Virus record (IMG/VR): IMGVR_UViG_3300021959_006010
Coordinates: 62,001-126,000 of that record
DNA length: 64,000 nucleotides
Reading direction: 5' to 3' (one strand)
Shown: positions 18,626 through 27,734 of the stretch, piece after piece
Layout: the number at the start of each line of letters is the position of its first letter
Position numbering within the stretch: position 1 is the stretch's first letter
Position numbers and translations under genes: made by a program
Notes under the pieces: model-generated
The model's input: the letters and a program-made list of their open reading frames with translations, nothing else
Told to the model about the DNA's origin: nothing
Databases searched by the model: none

Positions 18626-20138
18626 CTTCCAGTTCCTCGAGTTTAGTTTCATCGAGTTCTTCGTTCTCGTCAATAGTTTCTTCTACTTCAAAAAGATTAT
18701 CGAAGAACGTACTAGCATTTACAGTCTTTTTACCAACTGCACCTCTAGTACCAGGAATAGCCATCCAAAAACGGCTATGCTCATCTACAAGTGCTAGGGC
18801 CTTGTCTTTGTCGTCAGTTGCGAATATTTCTTCCACAATGTCTCTAAAAAATAACCTGTCAAAGCGTTCTTGAACAAGCATGCGCGGAACGCATCCATTG
18901 TCGTATTGTCTGTTTGCTTCTTGTACTGCATTTATGTGACTCCATACGTTGTGCCCCATTTGGATAGCGTAACTAAAACTATCCCAAGACGTTTTGCCTT
19001 CTTTGCCTATTTTATTTAGGTCTCCGGGAGCATAAGTGCAAACGTCTGATACTTTGAGTTCAGCGGTAATTGGCGAGTCTTCAAAGTTTTTAAATATCCC
19101 ATCTGATATAACAGCATCTCTAAAGATGCGGTTGTCCGTAGCATATTTCTTATCGTCAACTGACGGCACCATACGATACGTCCATTTGCTTCTATCTTGA
19201 GTTTCGTTTTGAATGTAGATTTGTCCGTTCGCGGTGGCAAGAAAAGGACTAGCACAATCAAAAGTAATAGTATAGTTTTCATTATGATGTTTCCGTACTG
19301 CTCGTTGAATGTCTGTTAATAGAGTAGCCCATTCTAGTTTGCTTGTACCTAGGAAGTGCATAAAGTCTTGCACACCTTTTTCTAACAAACCATCATAGCG
19401 CAATGCAATCAATCTTTTAAGTACAAGATGCACATCGCACATATTCTGACCACCCATTGACCAACCATTAAAGTGTTCGTTTGGATAGTGTTTAGGATCA
19501 CTATACTTCTTCATACGCTGATACCAATCTTCTGCGTCAGCGTGATTTTCACCTTGTAGAACGTTTAAGAACTTACAGTTACCGTTGCGGTTACGGATAA
19601 ACCAATCGTTATTAATGTAAGTGCCTTGTACAGCTTCCATATAAGTTGTAATACCAGTTGCTTTCTGTCCAGCTGGCGAACGTGCTACCCACGCAGGAAT
19701 ATCAAGTATCATACCATAATCCATGTAAGCATCCATCCACGTAAGAACCTGCTCACGCTTCTTTTGAGCACGAGGACAGTTAGGATCTTTCCAGTCACCT
19801 TCCCAAACACCCTTACCAATCTGGAAGCCGCCTGAGTCACCTAGCACCCAACTGTTTTTACGATCTCTGTTGCGGATCATATCTTCTTTAGGTGCGTGTT
19901 TGTTTACATCTAATTCAGCATGTCCTGCTGAATACAGTGTCCAGTGATAGTTAAACAGACCTTGTTGCTTGTTTAGATAGTTTAAACTTTCAACACCATT
20001 GGTAAAATTACTAGGAATACGAGCCGGATCAACATAGTTGTCAAAACGTTGTTTGCCTACGTAAGTGGCATAAAAGCCACTTAACGCAGGAAGAAAAACA
20101 GCATAATCTTTTTGTGTTGCAGTTAAGTCTTTATTCAT
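18612..20138 (-). CDS. dpdA: TGT-fold guanine transglycosylase, probably DNA-targeting DpdA-like
   Basis: LGDSGGFQ catalytic motif, WSMGG, HFLG, ITFDCASP (second Asp), GHN; lies in the que cluster. Confidence 0.75.
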   Translation of the reverse strand: MNKDLTATQKDYAVFLPALSGFYATYVGKQRFDNYVDPARIPSNFTNGVESLNYLNKQQGLFNYHWTLYSAGHAELDVNKHAPKEDMIRNRDRKNSWVLGDSGGFQIGKGVWEGDWKDPNCPRAQKKREQVLTWMDAYMDYGMILDIPAWVARSPAGQKATGITTYMEAVQGTYINNDWFIRNRNGNCKFLNVLQGENHADAEDWYQRMKKYSDPKHYPNEHFNGWSMGGQNMCDVHLVLKRLIALRYDGLLEKGVQDFMHFLGTSKLEWATLLTDIQRAVRKHHNENYTITFDCASPFLATANGQIYIQNETQDRSKWTYRMVPSVDDKKYATDNRIFRDAVISDGIFKNFEDSPITAELKVSDVCTYAPGDLNKIGKEGKTSWDSFSYAIQMGHNVWSHINAVQEANRQYDNGCVPRMLVQERFDRLFFRDIVEEIFATDDKDKALALVDEHSRFWMAIPGTRGAVGKKTVNASTFFDNLFEVEETIDENEELDETKLEELEDEQL

Positions 20139-20227
20139 CTTCTTTTGTTAATCTCGGTTACTGCAATTACATAAAAGCCTATAATTATAAGAGCAAGTAT
20201 ACTAATTGCTGTTGCTAGTTCGCCCAT
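20135..20227 (-). CDS. 30 aa single-TM peptide (absent from track)
   Basis: MGELATAISILALIIIGFYVIAVTEINKRR; fills the gap exactly. Confidence 0.55.
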   Translation of the reverse strand: MGELATAISILALIIIGFYVIAVTEINKRR

Positions 20228-20956
20228 TTACTTGCTTTGCGCTGGCAGGATATAGTCATACTTGGCCATACCACTGTCTACTGAAATCATCATAGCACCT
20301 TGATCTGAAATGCTCATAGTAATGTCGCCGTCCAAATTTAAGATTGCTTGTACTTGTGCTACTGGCCAACTCCAAGTGTGCTGTAGCGCACCTTCAACAC
20401 CGTGTTGGAATACAAACTCACCTGCATGTGTGCTTGCATCGCCAAAGCTAAACACTAAGTTACCATCAGTAGTACGAACATTAAAGTTAGGTTCTTCCGA
20501 GTGTGCTGCACTCATAAGTTTCATACGACTAATAGCAGCTACGCTCGGTGCAACTTCTACATTCCAATTAGCGCCTTTGAATTTTACAGTCTTTAGTTTT
20601 TCTTCAATAATCGCTTTATTCATAAAGCGGTAATCGTTCTGGAAGTCGCCTGCTGCGTTTTCAAAGTGTATATGTGTCGGAACAGTTTCGCCGTTGCGTT
20701 CTGCCTGTACAACTTCAATTTTTGCATTGTCTTTGTACTCCGGATTTTTTAAGTGTAGCGATAATTTATCTAGATTAGGCATACCAAATGTGCCTAAAAA
20801 CTCTGCTACAGGATTGTGTGTTACTGCTGATAAAATCACAGAGCGGTCCTCTGCCATTGAATCAATTGCTGTGCCATCTTCGTTAGTGACTTTTACTAAT
20901 GATAAGAAGCCTAGTGCGTGAGTATGAGCTACTACGTCTTGCAAAATATCTTTCAT
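20228..20956 (-). CDS. putative DNA polymerase sliding clamp (gp45/PCNA-like)
   Basis: 242 aa, clamp-sized; alternating beta/alpha pattern; C-terminal YDYILPA strand; own sigma70 promoter; a clamp loader is present. Fold inferred only. Confidence 0.5.
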   Translation of the reverse strand: MKDILQDVVAHTHALGFLSLVKVTNEDGTAIDSMAEDRSVILSAVTHNPVAEFLGTFGMPNLDKLSLHLKNPEYKDNAKIEVVQAERNGETVPTHIHFENAAGDFQNDYRFMNKAIIEEKLKTVKFKGANWNVEVAPSVAAISRMKLMSAAHSEEPNFNVRTTDGNLVFSFGDASTHAGEFVFQHGVEGALQHTWSWPVAQVQAILNLDGDITMSISDQGAMMISVDSGMAKYDYILPAQSK

Positions 20957-21723
20957 TCTACTGTTTCTCCATTGAATAAGTTAATTATATTGCCTAAGTT
21001 GTTGTTTGTCAAGAACTTTTCTACTGTGTATTTAGGTTTAAAGCCTAGTGCTTTCATTTTTTCTGTGTTAGCACAAGTCCATTCTCGTTCTCCTGGGGTA
21101 TTTAGACGCACTGGCAAGTCCGGTGCTAAGTCTTGGATCCTAACAGGATTCCCTGTACCAATGTCAATTACACCATTGACATGATCTTTTTCTATTAAAA
21201 TTTCTATAGCGTCTAGTACATCATCTAAATGTATAAAGTCTCTATAATGTCTAGTTACGTATTCTAATGTTCCGTTCCTTAGTTTATTAAAGAACATGTT
21301 TTCTCTAGGACAGTTGTCGCTGTATACTGTATGGAATCTCATACCTAACATATTGCCGGAGTTATATCTCTCAGCTAATTCTTCCATTATGTATTTCGAA
21401 GCGGCATAAGGGTTCAAATCGGGCTCGTAAGCACTTGAACTGCTCGCATACAGTATACGTGTATCTGAGTAACGTTCAAACAATCTACGACTTGCTTCTA
21501 CGTTATTCATCCAATAACTTGCAGGGTCTTGTAAACTCTCACGTACTCCGCTTTTACCTGCTAAGTGTATAATTAAATCATAATCTTCAGTAAAGTCGAC
21601 AGTTAATAAATCTCTATTTGCCCATTTAATATCCAGTCCATATATATCGTGCTTTTTTGAGTCTAATCGATTCATTAATGCACTGCCGATAAATCCCATA
21701 TGGCCTGTAATTAATATTTTCAT
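20953..21723 (-). CDS. NAD-dependent epimerase/dehydratase
   Basis: ITGHMGFIG, YASSSS, YAASK (YxxxK). Confidence 0.9.
   Translation of the reverse strand: MKILITGHMGFIGSALMNRLDSKKHDIYGLDIKWANRDLLTVDFTEDYDLIIHLAGKSGVRESLQDPASYWMNNVEASRRLFERYSDTRILYASSSSAYEPDLNPYAASKYIMEELAERYNSGNMLGMRFHTVYSDNCPRENMFFNKLRNGTLEYVTRHYRDFIHLDDVLDAIEILIEKDHVNGVIDIGTGNPVRIQDLAPDLPVRLNTPGEREWTCANTEKMKALGFKPKYTVEKFLTNNNLGNIINLFNGETVE
20984..21012 (-). promoter_or_regulatory. sigma70-type promoter
   Basis: TTGACA-N17-TATAAT inside the epimerase 3' end, driving clamp and dpdA. Confidence 0.75.
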
Positions 21724-21726
21724 TTG

Positions 21727-22476
21727 CTATTCCTTCCTTATCCTTTTATTATAAGAACAAGCTTCTTTAATTAAACTTAAATCTACCTTGTACTGATTTG
21801 CAGTATTAATAATGGCACTAGTGTCTTTAGGAAAACAAGCACCGCCCCATCCACGTTCGGGCGTAATGTTTATGTGACTGAATCCTATTCTTTCGTCCTG
21901 TGCGATGCCTTGTGCTACTGCATCGTAATTAATACCTGTTGCTTTGCACATGTCGTAAATTTGATTAAAGAAACTTACTTTAGTTGCAAGAAATGCATTC
22001 TTAAAATACTTTATAAGTATAAGTTCTTCTGGATCAGCAACTATAAATCCAGCATTTAAAACTTTTTCAAATACACTAATCCAGAAACTACTGTGTTCTT
22101 CACTTAGATATATAATGCTTACAGTTTGCATATCTTCTAAGTAAGATTCTGCTCGTAAAAATTCTGGACTAAAACATAGCTTATGATCCGGAAATATTTC
22201 TTTAAGAAACTTCCATCCTTCTAAACTAATAGTGCTTTTAATTAGTATAGGAGTATTCTTAGAAATAGATTCTATACAATCATACACATTACTCATGTCA
22301 CACGCACCTGTGCTTAGTTCAGGTGTTGGAACACAAATAATAGCACACTCTTCTTCAAATTCTGGAACAGCTAAATTAGGATATTTAGGATCTATAATAT
22401 TAATATAGTTGCCGTGTCGAAGTACTTCGTAATGCGCCTTTCCAACAAAACCATATCCATATAGATTAATATTCAA
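21727..22476 (-). CDS. UDP-glucose/GDP-mannose 6-dehydrogenase family, lacks C-terminal domain
   Basis: GYGFVG, ICVPTP, IKST, PEFLR, K..KNAFLA.KVSF.N, GGACFPKD. Confidence 0.88.
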   Translation of the reverse strand: MNINLYGYGFVGKAHYEVLRHGNYINIIDPKYPNLAVPEFEEECAIICVPTPELSTGACDMSNVYDCIESISKNTPILIKSTISLEGWKFLKEIFPDHKLCFSPEFLRAESYLEDMQTVSIIYLSEEHSSFWISVFEKVLNAGFIVADPEELILIKYFKNAFLATKVSFFNQIYDMCKATGINYDAVAQGIAQDERIGFSHINITPERGWGGACFPKDTSAIINTANQYKVDLSLIKEACSYNKRIRKE

Positions 22477-23195
22477 TTTGCTATACCTTTTGACTGTAAA
22501 TCAATTAATAGATTGTATGTATCTGTCCAGTCTTTAACATGATACACGTTTCCGTCATGTTCTTTTAAAACTTTTGCTAGAGGAAAATCATTACCGTCGG
22601 GATCTACTCTATCGCCAAAGAAATGTATTTCACTGTATGGAGCGTCAAAGTCGGATAGTATTTGACTTTTGTCTCGACCCTTAGCAGAAATATCTATTCC
22701 AGTCTCCCCTCCAACAGTTGCTTGTAAATCAGGAAACATTGTATTAAAAGCATCGCTTATTATATTTCGTTCGTTTATTGATTTATCAAACTCTACATAC
22801 ATTTTACGTTGTTCTGTATTAGCACCTCTACCTATTACGCTAAAATTACACATTCCTTTTCTGTGTTCGAAGTGTTGTCCTGTACGTAAACTAAACGCAC
22901 TTTCAGTTAAGCACTGAGCTAGAAACGTGTGTGCAGTTTCTGACAAGACCCAGTCTGAACTGTTAACACGTTTTCCTTTAAACCATGTATCATTTCCGTT
23001 ACAGTTATAAACAGTAACAACAGAATCGCAGATTTCTTTACCTAATTGTTCTTTAGTTTTAGGATAATCACTACCAGTCACTAACCAAACTTTATTGTTT
23101 TTGGTAAATTCTAAGAAAAACTTCTCAAAATCAGAATCTACAATTTGTCTACTTGGAGTTAGTGTTCCATCTACATCAAATATAAACTTATTCAT
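22473..23195 (-). CDS. HAD-family phosphomannomutase (eukaryotic PMM type)
   Basis: FDVDGTLT, VTGSD, NFSVIGR, GGETGIDI, FFGDR...GNDF; start re-called to MNKFIF. Confidence 0.85.
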   Translation of the reverse strand: MNKFIFDVDGTLTPSRQIVDSDFEKFFLEFTKNNKVWLVTGSDYPKTKEQLGKEICDSVVTVYNCNGNDTWFKGKRVNSSDWVLSETAHTFLAQCLTESAFSLRTGQHFEHRKGMCNFSVIGRGANTEQRKMYVEFDKSINERNIISDAFNTMFPDLQATVGGETGIDISAKGRDKSQILSDFDAPYSEIHFFGDRVDPDGNDFPLAKVLKEHDGNVYHVKDWTDTYNLLIDLQSKGIAN

Positions 23196-23352
23196 CTGGC
23201 CCTTCACAGTATGCAATCTCGTTTTCCTTAAAGTCCATAGTTACAAGATGCCATTCTATTTGACAACTCATTTTACTATCGTACTCGGCATACCGAGTAT
23301 ATTTAGGTTCGTCTAAACCTATTACACTAGTTATGATCCAAAGTGTCCACAT
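23188..23352 (-). CDS. small hypothetical protein (54 aa, absent from track)
   Basis: MWTLWIITSVIGLDEPKY...CQ...YCEGPDE; TAATG coupling. Confidence 0.55.
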   Translation of the reverse strand: MWTLWIITSVIGLDEPKYTRYAEYDSKMSCQIEWHLVTMDFKENEIAYCEGPDE

Positions 23353-23525
23353 TACGGATTCTCCTTAATCCAAACACATTCACTAATATCTTCTGGTGTT
23401 TCGTACATACTACGACATTCGTCATAAGGATGAGTATATATACCTCCTGCGCCAGTTGCATAATCAATTGCTACTGCCCAGCCACCAAGTGCTAGACCCC
23501 ATGCTATAATTTCACTAAGTTTCAT
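23352..23525 (-). CDS. small membrane protein (57 aa, absent from track)
   Basis: MKLSEIIAWGLALGGWAVAIDY...C...C; overlapping start/stop codons. Confidence 0.6.
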   Translation of the reverse strand: MKLSEIIAWGLALGGWAVAIDYATGAGGIYTHPYDECRSMYETPEDISECVWIKENP

Positions 23526-23710
23526 CCTTGTTGTGCCTTATGCTGTGCTACACTTGCTGCCTTTGCAAGTTCGCTAAAACGATCTGCTGTTTGGCGCATT
23601 TCAGCACCGTAGTTAGGATCACGCTGTTCTAAATCTCTTGCCATATTGTGTAACAGCACAACCATATCGCTGTCTGTTAATGCTTTACGACCTTCAGGCA
23701 GTTGTCCCAT
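23522..23710 (-). CDS. hypothetical protein
   Basis: 62 aa helical ORF. Confidence 0.65.
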   Translation of the reverse strand: MGQLPEGRKALTDSDMVVLLHNMARDLEQRDPNYGAEMRQTADRFSELAKAASVAQHKAQQG

Positions 23711-23711
23711 T

Positions 23712-23891
23712 TTATCTCTCCACTAGCGGCATTGCGTTTTGACTATCGTGATAATCACCGTCTTTGTAATAGTCACGCACTGCTGTTTCTTTTACTAGCA
23801 TACCGTTTTTATAACGATATGTAGTGATCTCACGACGAACTACGCCGTGAGTGTCTGCGTCAAATGCGTTCTTAAAAGGTCCTTCAACCAT
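23712..23891 (-). CDS. small hypothetical protein (59 aa, absent from track)
   Basis: MVEGPFKNAFDADTHGVVRREITTY...; fills the gap. Confidence 0.6.
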   Translation of the reverse strand: MVEGPFKNAFDADTHGVVRREITTYRYKNGMLVKETAVRDYYKDGDYHDSQNAMPLVER

Positions 23892-24303
23892 TATTTTCCC
23901 TTTCTGCTACTCGCTTGCGCAAGTCTGATGATGAGAAGCGGTGATCTCGTTTATTAAAGTAGAGCTGGATACCCCGCTTCTTGCAAATATCCTTGCCCGT
24001 AAAATCCTTTTCTTTATACTCTTCTCCTAATATTCTAACATCAATTTGATACATTGTCAAGATATCTTCTAGATCTTTTTCAGTAGAGTATGGAACTATT
24101 TCGTCTACATAACTTACTGCTTTTAGTTGAGTGTAGCGTTCTACAACAGTTTGTATAGGAGCGTTTTTTTCTGCTCTATCTTGACTAGGATCAAATTGTA
24201 ATCCGCATATTAGATAGTCGCATTGTTCTTTTGCTTCACGCAACATCTGTATATGACCTGCGTGTAACAAATCAAATGTACTACATGTAAATCCTACCTT
24301 CAT
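23884..24303 (-). CDS. cytidylyltransferase (TagD/glycerol-3-phosphate CT-like)
   Basis: FDLLHAGH (HxGH), VDEIVPY, SSSDLR. Confidence 0.9.
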   Translation of the reverse strand: MKVGFTCSTFDLLHAGHIQMLREAKEQCDYLICGLQFDPSQDRAEKNAPIQTVVERYTQLKAVSYVDEIVPYSTEKDLEDILTMYQIDVRILGEEYKEKDFTGKDICKKRGIQLYFNKRDHRFSSSDLRKRVAERENNG

Positions 24304-24407
24304 TTTATATTCTCTGCTAGTTGTTTTAACATTTCAATCAATTCTTCAATGGTATTTAGGTCGTGTTCGCTTTCTGTATCAATTTCTATTTCTACTTTCA
24401 CTTTCAT
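24300..24407 (-). CDS. 35 aa hypothetical peptide (absent from track)
   Basis: MKVKVEIEIDTESEHDLNTIEELIEMLKQLAENIK; overlaps at both ends. Confidence 0.6.
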   Translation of the reverse strand: MKVKVEIEIDTESEHDLNTIEELIEMLKQLAENIK

Positions 24408-25024
24408 AATTTTAACTCAGTTAAATTTCTATGACTGCCAATTGTTCCTTTAAAAAAGGTATTGAATGACAAACTAATTCTTGTATGATCTTGTTCTAAA
24501 GGTCTAACACTATGTACTAGTTTAGATGGAAAAATCAACAATGATCCTGTTTCTGCTGGCAACCACCAAGAACTAGAATTATAAATGTTATAATTGTCTG
24601 ACGGTAGTTCAAATGGCTCCCATTGGTTGTCAAAGAAAAATATTTTATCTTCTTCTGTTGTGTTAATATAAAACACTCCGCTTAAAAAACTATTATTATG
24701 AGAATGAGTATGATGGAATCCACCTTGATCAGTAAAGTTTAACCAACTTTGTGTAATAGTTAGTTCTGCATCAGTTTTAGTAGCAAACACTGTATCAAAA
24801 TATTCATTTATCTTTTTCTCGCAAAAACTTTTAAGACTTTGTAGTTCTTTAGATTCGAGAATATATCGATCAGTTGATGTTAAATTGCCGTCATTTAGAT
24901 CTGATTTTTCTTTTTGTTCTAAACAAAAATTATACTCTTCTTCAGTTAAGTCTCTATCTATTTTTGTGTTACCTACTGGTTTAGGAAACAAAGGTGTTAG
25001 TTCCATATCAATCTCCAAAGTCAA
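24404..25024 (-). CDS. 2OG-Fe(II) oxygenase (TIGR02466-like)
   Basis: SWLN, HHTHSH, LSGVFY, LLIFPS.L.HSV, RISLSFN. Confidence 0.85.
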   Translation of the reverse strand: MTLEIDMELTPLFPKPVGNTKIDRDLTEEEYNFCLEQKEKSDLNDGNLTSTDRYILESKELQSLKSFCEKKINEYFDTVFATKTDAELTITQSWLNFTDQGGFHHTHSHNNSFLSGVFYINTTEEDKIFFFDNQWEPFELPSDNYNIYNSSSWWLPAETGSLLIFPSKLVHSVRPLEQDHTRISLSFNTFFKGTIGSHRNLTELKL

Positions 25025-27680
25025 ACAAACTATTAAAAGTAGTATGCTGTTTTGTATCTTCTAGTGGATAGTCGAGCACACCGATCAAGTTGTCTAGTTT
25101 GTTGTCAATAATAGTTTCAGCCATAGCTGCATCATCAAATGGCAATTCTTTGAACCATTCTGGCAAACGTAGCTCATCTGTAGGATATGCTACACTAGTA
25201 TATCCTAGCGGATTTGGTTTAAGTTTACAAACAATAACTTTCATACCGTCTACAATCTCTTGCGAGTATTTGTCACCGTTCATACGTTTTAGTGTATTCC
25301 AGTTGATACTTGCTCGAACGTGTCCAGGCATGTTTGCTTTGCCTTGCTTTTGCTCAAGACGCTGATAGTGTCCAATCTTGTTTGCACGTTTAGGCGAACC
25401 TTTCTCCCAACCTGGCATTTCTTGGAACTCTTTGCGGAACTGTGTAATACGCTCTAGAACATCTTCTTGTGGAGTATCTGTAAGAACCATTAGTAGTAGT
25501 TCTTTTAAGAAGTCCTGCATAAACACCGGAGTGTCTGATCTACGTAAGTCTAGACCCATTGCTTTTACTTTACCAGGCTTACCGTCTGTGTCAGCTCGAA
25601 AACCTTCTAAATCAGTTACTAGTGCCGCATAACGCTTCTTAGTAATGTACAAGCCTGAACTAGCAACAATCTCACGACCGGCTGCAATAACATCACTTCT
25701 TGTCTTAGGACAATGGAATGCTCTTACCATAAAGTCAGGAAATGTAGTATTTGCTTGCTCACACACTTGATCGTACAATGCAATACATTTGTCAATGTTA
25801 AAATCAAGTTTGCCTGCTTCGACATCATCTTTAAGCACAGGCCATGCACTAAAGTATACAGAGTCAGTATCACCATAGATAACTGCTTTACCTACATGAT
25901 CATACTCGCCTGTAATACAACTATTAACTTCGGCACTCATATGCTTAACAATCTGTCTACCAGTTAAGGTTGTTGATTGTCCAATACGTTTATCAAAGAA
26001 TCTACAGCCTGGGTTAAGAATAGCACCGTACAAGCTATTAAGATTAATTTTCTTAACAAGTTGACGTTTATCCCAGTACTCAATCTCTGCATCAATGCCT
26101 GCATCTTTAGCTTTCTTAAGTTTCTTTTGTAGTTCTTTTCGTTCTGCATACCACCTCTTTAGGATACCTGGAATAACACCTTCAAACTCTGTGGTAAAGA
26201 TAGTACCATTTGCACTAAGCATCCACGGCATTTGACTATCAAATATAAGTTGATAAATTTCTGCGCCGCTTAGTACATCTGAACGTCCATCTTCCCAGTC
26301 AACAGTAAGTGCAATATCTTTGCGTTGTTCCATAACTGCTTCGTATTCTTCTGTTGAAAAACGTCCTTCCCAACTACCTGCAAATGACTTTTTCTTTAGT
26401 GTCATGTCTTCGTGTACACGAGCGTCTGAAATCTCTGGACGAATTTGTCCTATAATTGTTTCTGGCGCCATGTTCAGCGCACGAATCACTGACGGATACA
26501 GTGAGTTCAAGTCCATTGAGCCAATGTACTTGTGCAATCCTTTTTTAGGAAACGCAACATAAGCACCTGCTGCCTGTGTGCTTTCTGACTCATCACGTTT
26601 AGGACGATTAGGAACTTGCAGTCCACGGTTGTGTGCTTCGTTAATAATACCTTGTTCTGTAACAGCAACAGCACCCATTGTAGTTTGTAGTAGTACAGTA
26701 TTCTCGTGTGCAATGCTGTTTGACAAGTCGATAAAACGTAGTTTCTTATCTAGTTTGTCTAGTAGTGCAGTATCCTGAATGTTATATTCAATAAACTTGC
26801 GAAAGTCATTGTTGTATAGTTGATCTAGTGTGCCTTCATACGGTACCTTGTTTTCGCCTACTTCAATCTCGCCAATTGCGTCCAGTCGATATGAGTGACG
26901 TTCTTCATAAGTGTATTTGCGATACAGTTCTAAACTGTCCAAGTGTACACGACCTACCAAGTCAAATGTAACTGCTTGCTTCCCGTATTTTTCATACTCA
27001 CGCTTCTTAGGCAACTGACCCCACAAGCAGAAACGTCTTGTATCGTCTTTACTCAATACACGACTTACACGGTTTACAGTATACGGAATATCGTAACCTT
27101 CACTGTTCCAACCACTTAGGATGTCTGCATCTTGTATCAAGTCTAAGAACGTGTTTAGCATGTCTGCTTCTTTTTCAAACAGTACAACACCTTCTAAACC
27201 TTCTACTTCTTTTTCTGCTTGCTCCATAGTAAGTGTCTTAGGCGGAACAGCAAGACACACCATTGTCTCTAACCATTGCAAGTACACAGACACAGACGTA
27301 ATGCCCATAAATGGATCTGCTGGATCAGCAAAGCCACGTTCTGGGTCAAAGTCTGTCTCAATATCGAAAAACGCAATGTTTAGTTTAGGTGCATCTTGGT
27401 TGAGATAGTTCTCACTCAAACATTGGAAGATTGGATTAATGTCGCTTTCGAACAAGTTCTTGCCTTTGTTAATAGCAACTTCTTTTCGAAAGTCTTTTGT
27501 GTTCTTACAAACAATACGACTTAGAGGATCTCCGTACACACTCTTGTACTTGCCTCGAGGATCTTCATAATAGAACGTATATTTTGCAGGGTATTCGTGG
27601 AAATGTCGCTTTCCATCGCGGCGTTCGACTACTCGAATAATATCTTGATCACGATCAAACATCGCATCTACATATGGCAT
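25008..27680 (-). CDS. family B DNA polymerase
   Basis: Exo I FDIETD, motif A DLNSLYPS, motif B KINLNSLYG, motif C YGDTDS, KKRY. Confidence 0.97.
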   Translation of the reverse strand: MPYVDAMFDRDQDIIRVVERRDGKRHFHEYPAKYTFYYEDPRGKYKSVYGDPLSRIVCKNTKDFRKEVAINKGKNLFESDINPIFQCLSENYLNQDAPKLNIAFFDIETDFDPERGFADPADPFMGITSVSVYLQWLETMVCLAVPPKTLTMEQAEKEVEGLEGVVLFEKEADMLNTFLDLIQDADILSGWNSEGYDIPYTVNRVSRVLSKDDTRRFCLWGQLPKKREYEKYGKQAVTFDLVGRVHLDSLELYRKYTYEERHSYRLDAIGEIEVGENKVPYEGTLDQLYNNDFRKFIEYNIQDTALLDKLDKKLRFIDLSNSIAHENTVLLQTTMGAVAVTEQGIINEAHNRGLQVPNRPKRDESESTQAAGAYVAFPKKGLHKYIGSMDLNSLYPSVIRALNMAPETIIGQIRPEISDARVHEDMTLKKKSFAGSWEGRFSTEEYEAVMEQRKDIALTVDWEDGRSDVLSGAEIYQLIFDSQMPWMLSANGTIFTTEFEGVIPGILKRWYAERKELQKKLKKAKDAGIDAEIEYWDKRQLVKKINLNSLYGAILNPGCRFFDKRIGQSTTLTGRQIVKHMSAEVNSCITGEYDHVGKAVIYGDTDSVYFSAWPVLKDDVEAGKLDFNIDKCIALYDQVCEQANTTFPDFMVRAFHCPKTRSDVIAAGREIVASSGLYITKKRYAALVTDLEGFRADTDGKPGKVKAMGLDLRRSDTPVFMQDFLKELLLMVLTDTPQEDVLERITQFRKEFQEMPGWEKGSPKRANKIGHYQRLEQKQGKANMPGHVRASINWNTLKRMNGDKYSQEIVDGMKVIVCKLKPNPLGYTSVAYPTDELRLPEWFKELPFDDAAMAETIIDNKLDNLIGVLDYPLEDTKQHTTFNSLFDFGD

Positions 27681-27704
27681 CTAGTTCTCCTGTTGCTTAT
27701 GGCC

Positions 27705-27734
27705 AACTTACCATCTACCTGTCCGTAAGTGGAC
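27705..27734 (-). promoter_or_regulatory. candidate H-type RNA pseudoknot in the polymerase 5' leader
   Basis: mRNA GUCC-A-CUUAC-GGAC-AGGUAGAUG-GUAAG, about 15 nt before AGGAGA RBS. Confidence 0.45.

Noticed and set aside
24404-25024. 2OG-Fe(II) oxygenase as a TET/JBP DNA hydroxylase
   Set aside because: Its HxH...FPS.L.H.V...R.S.SFN pattern is the common phage TIGR02466-like type, also seen at 49732-50334, not the TET/JBP HxD signature.
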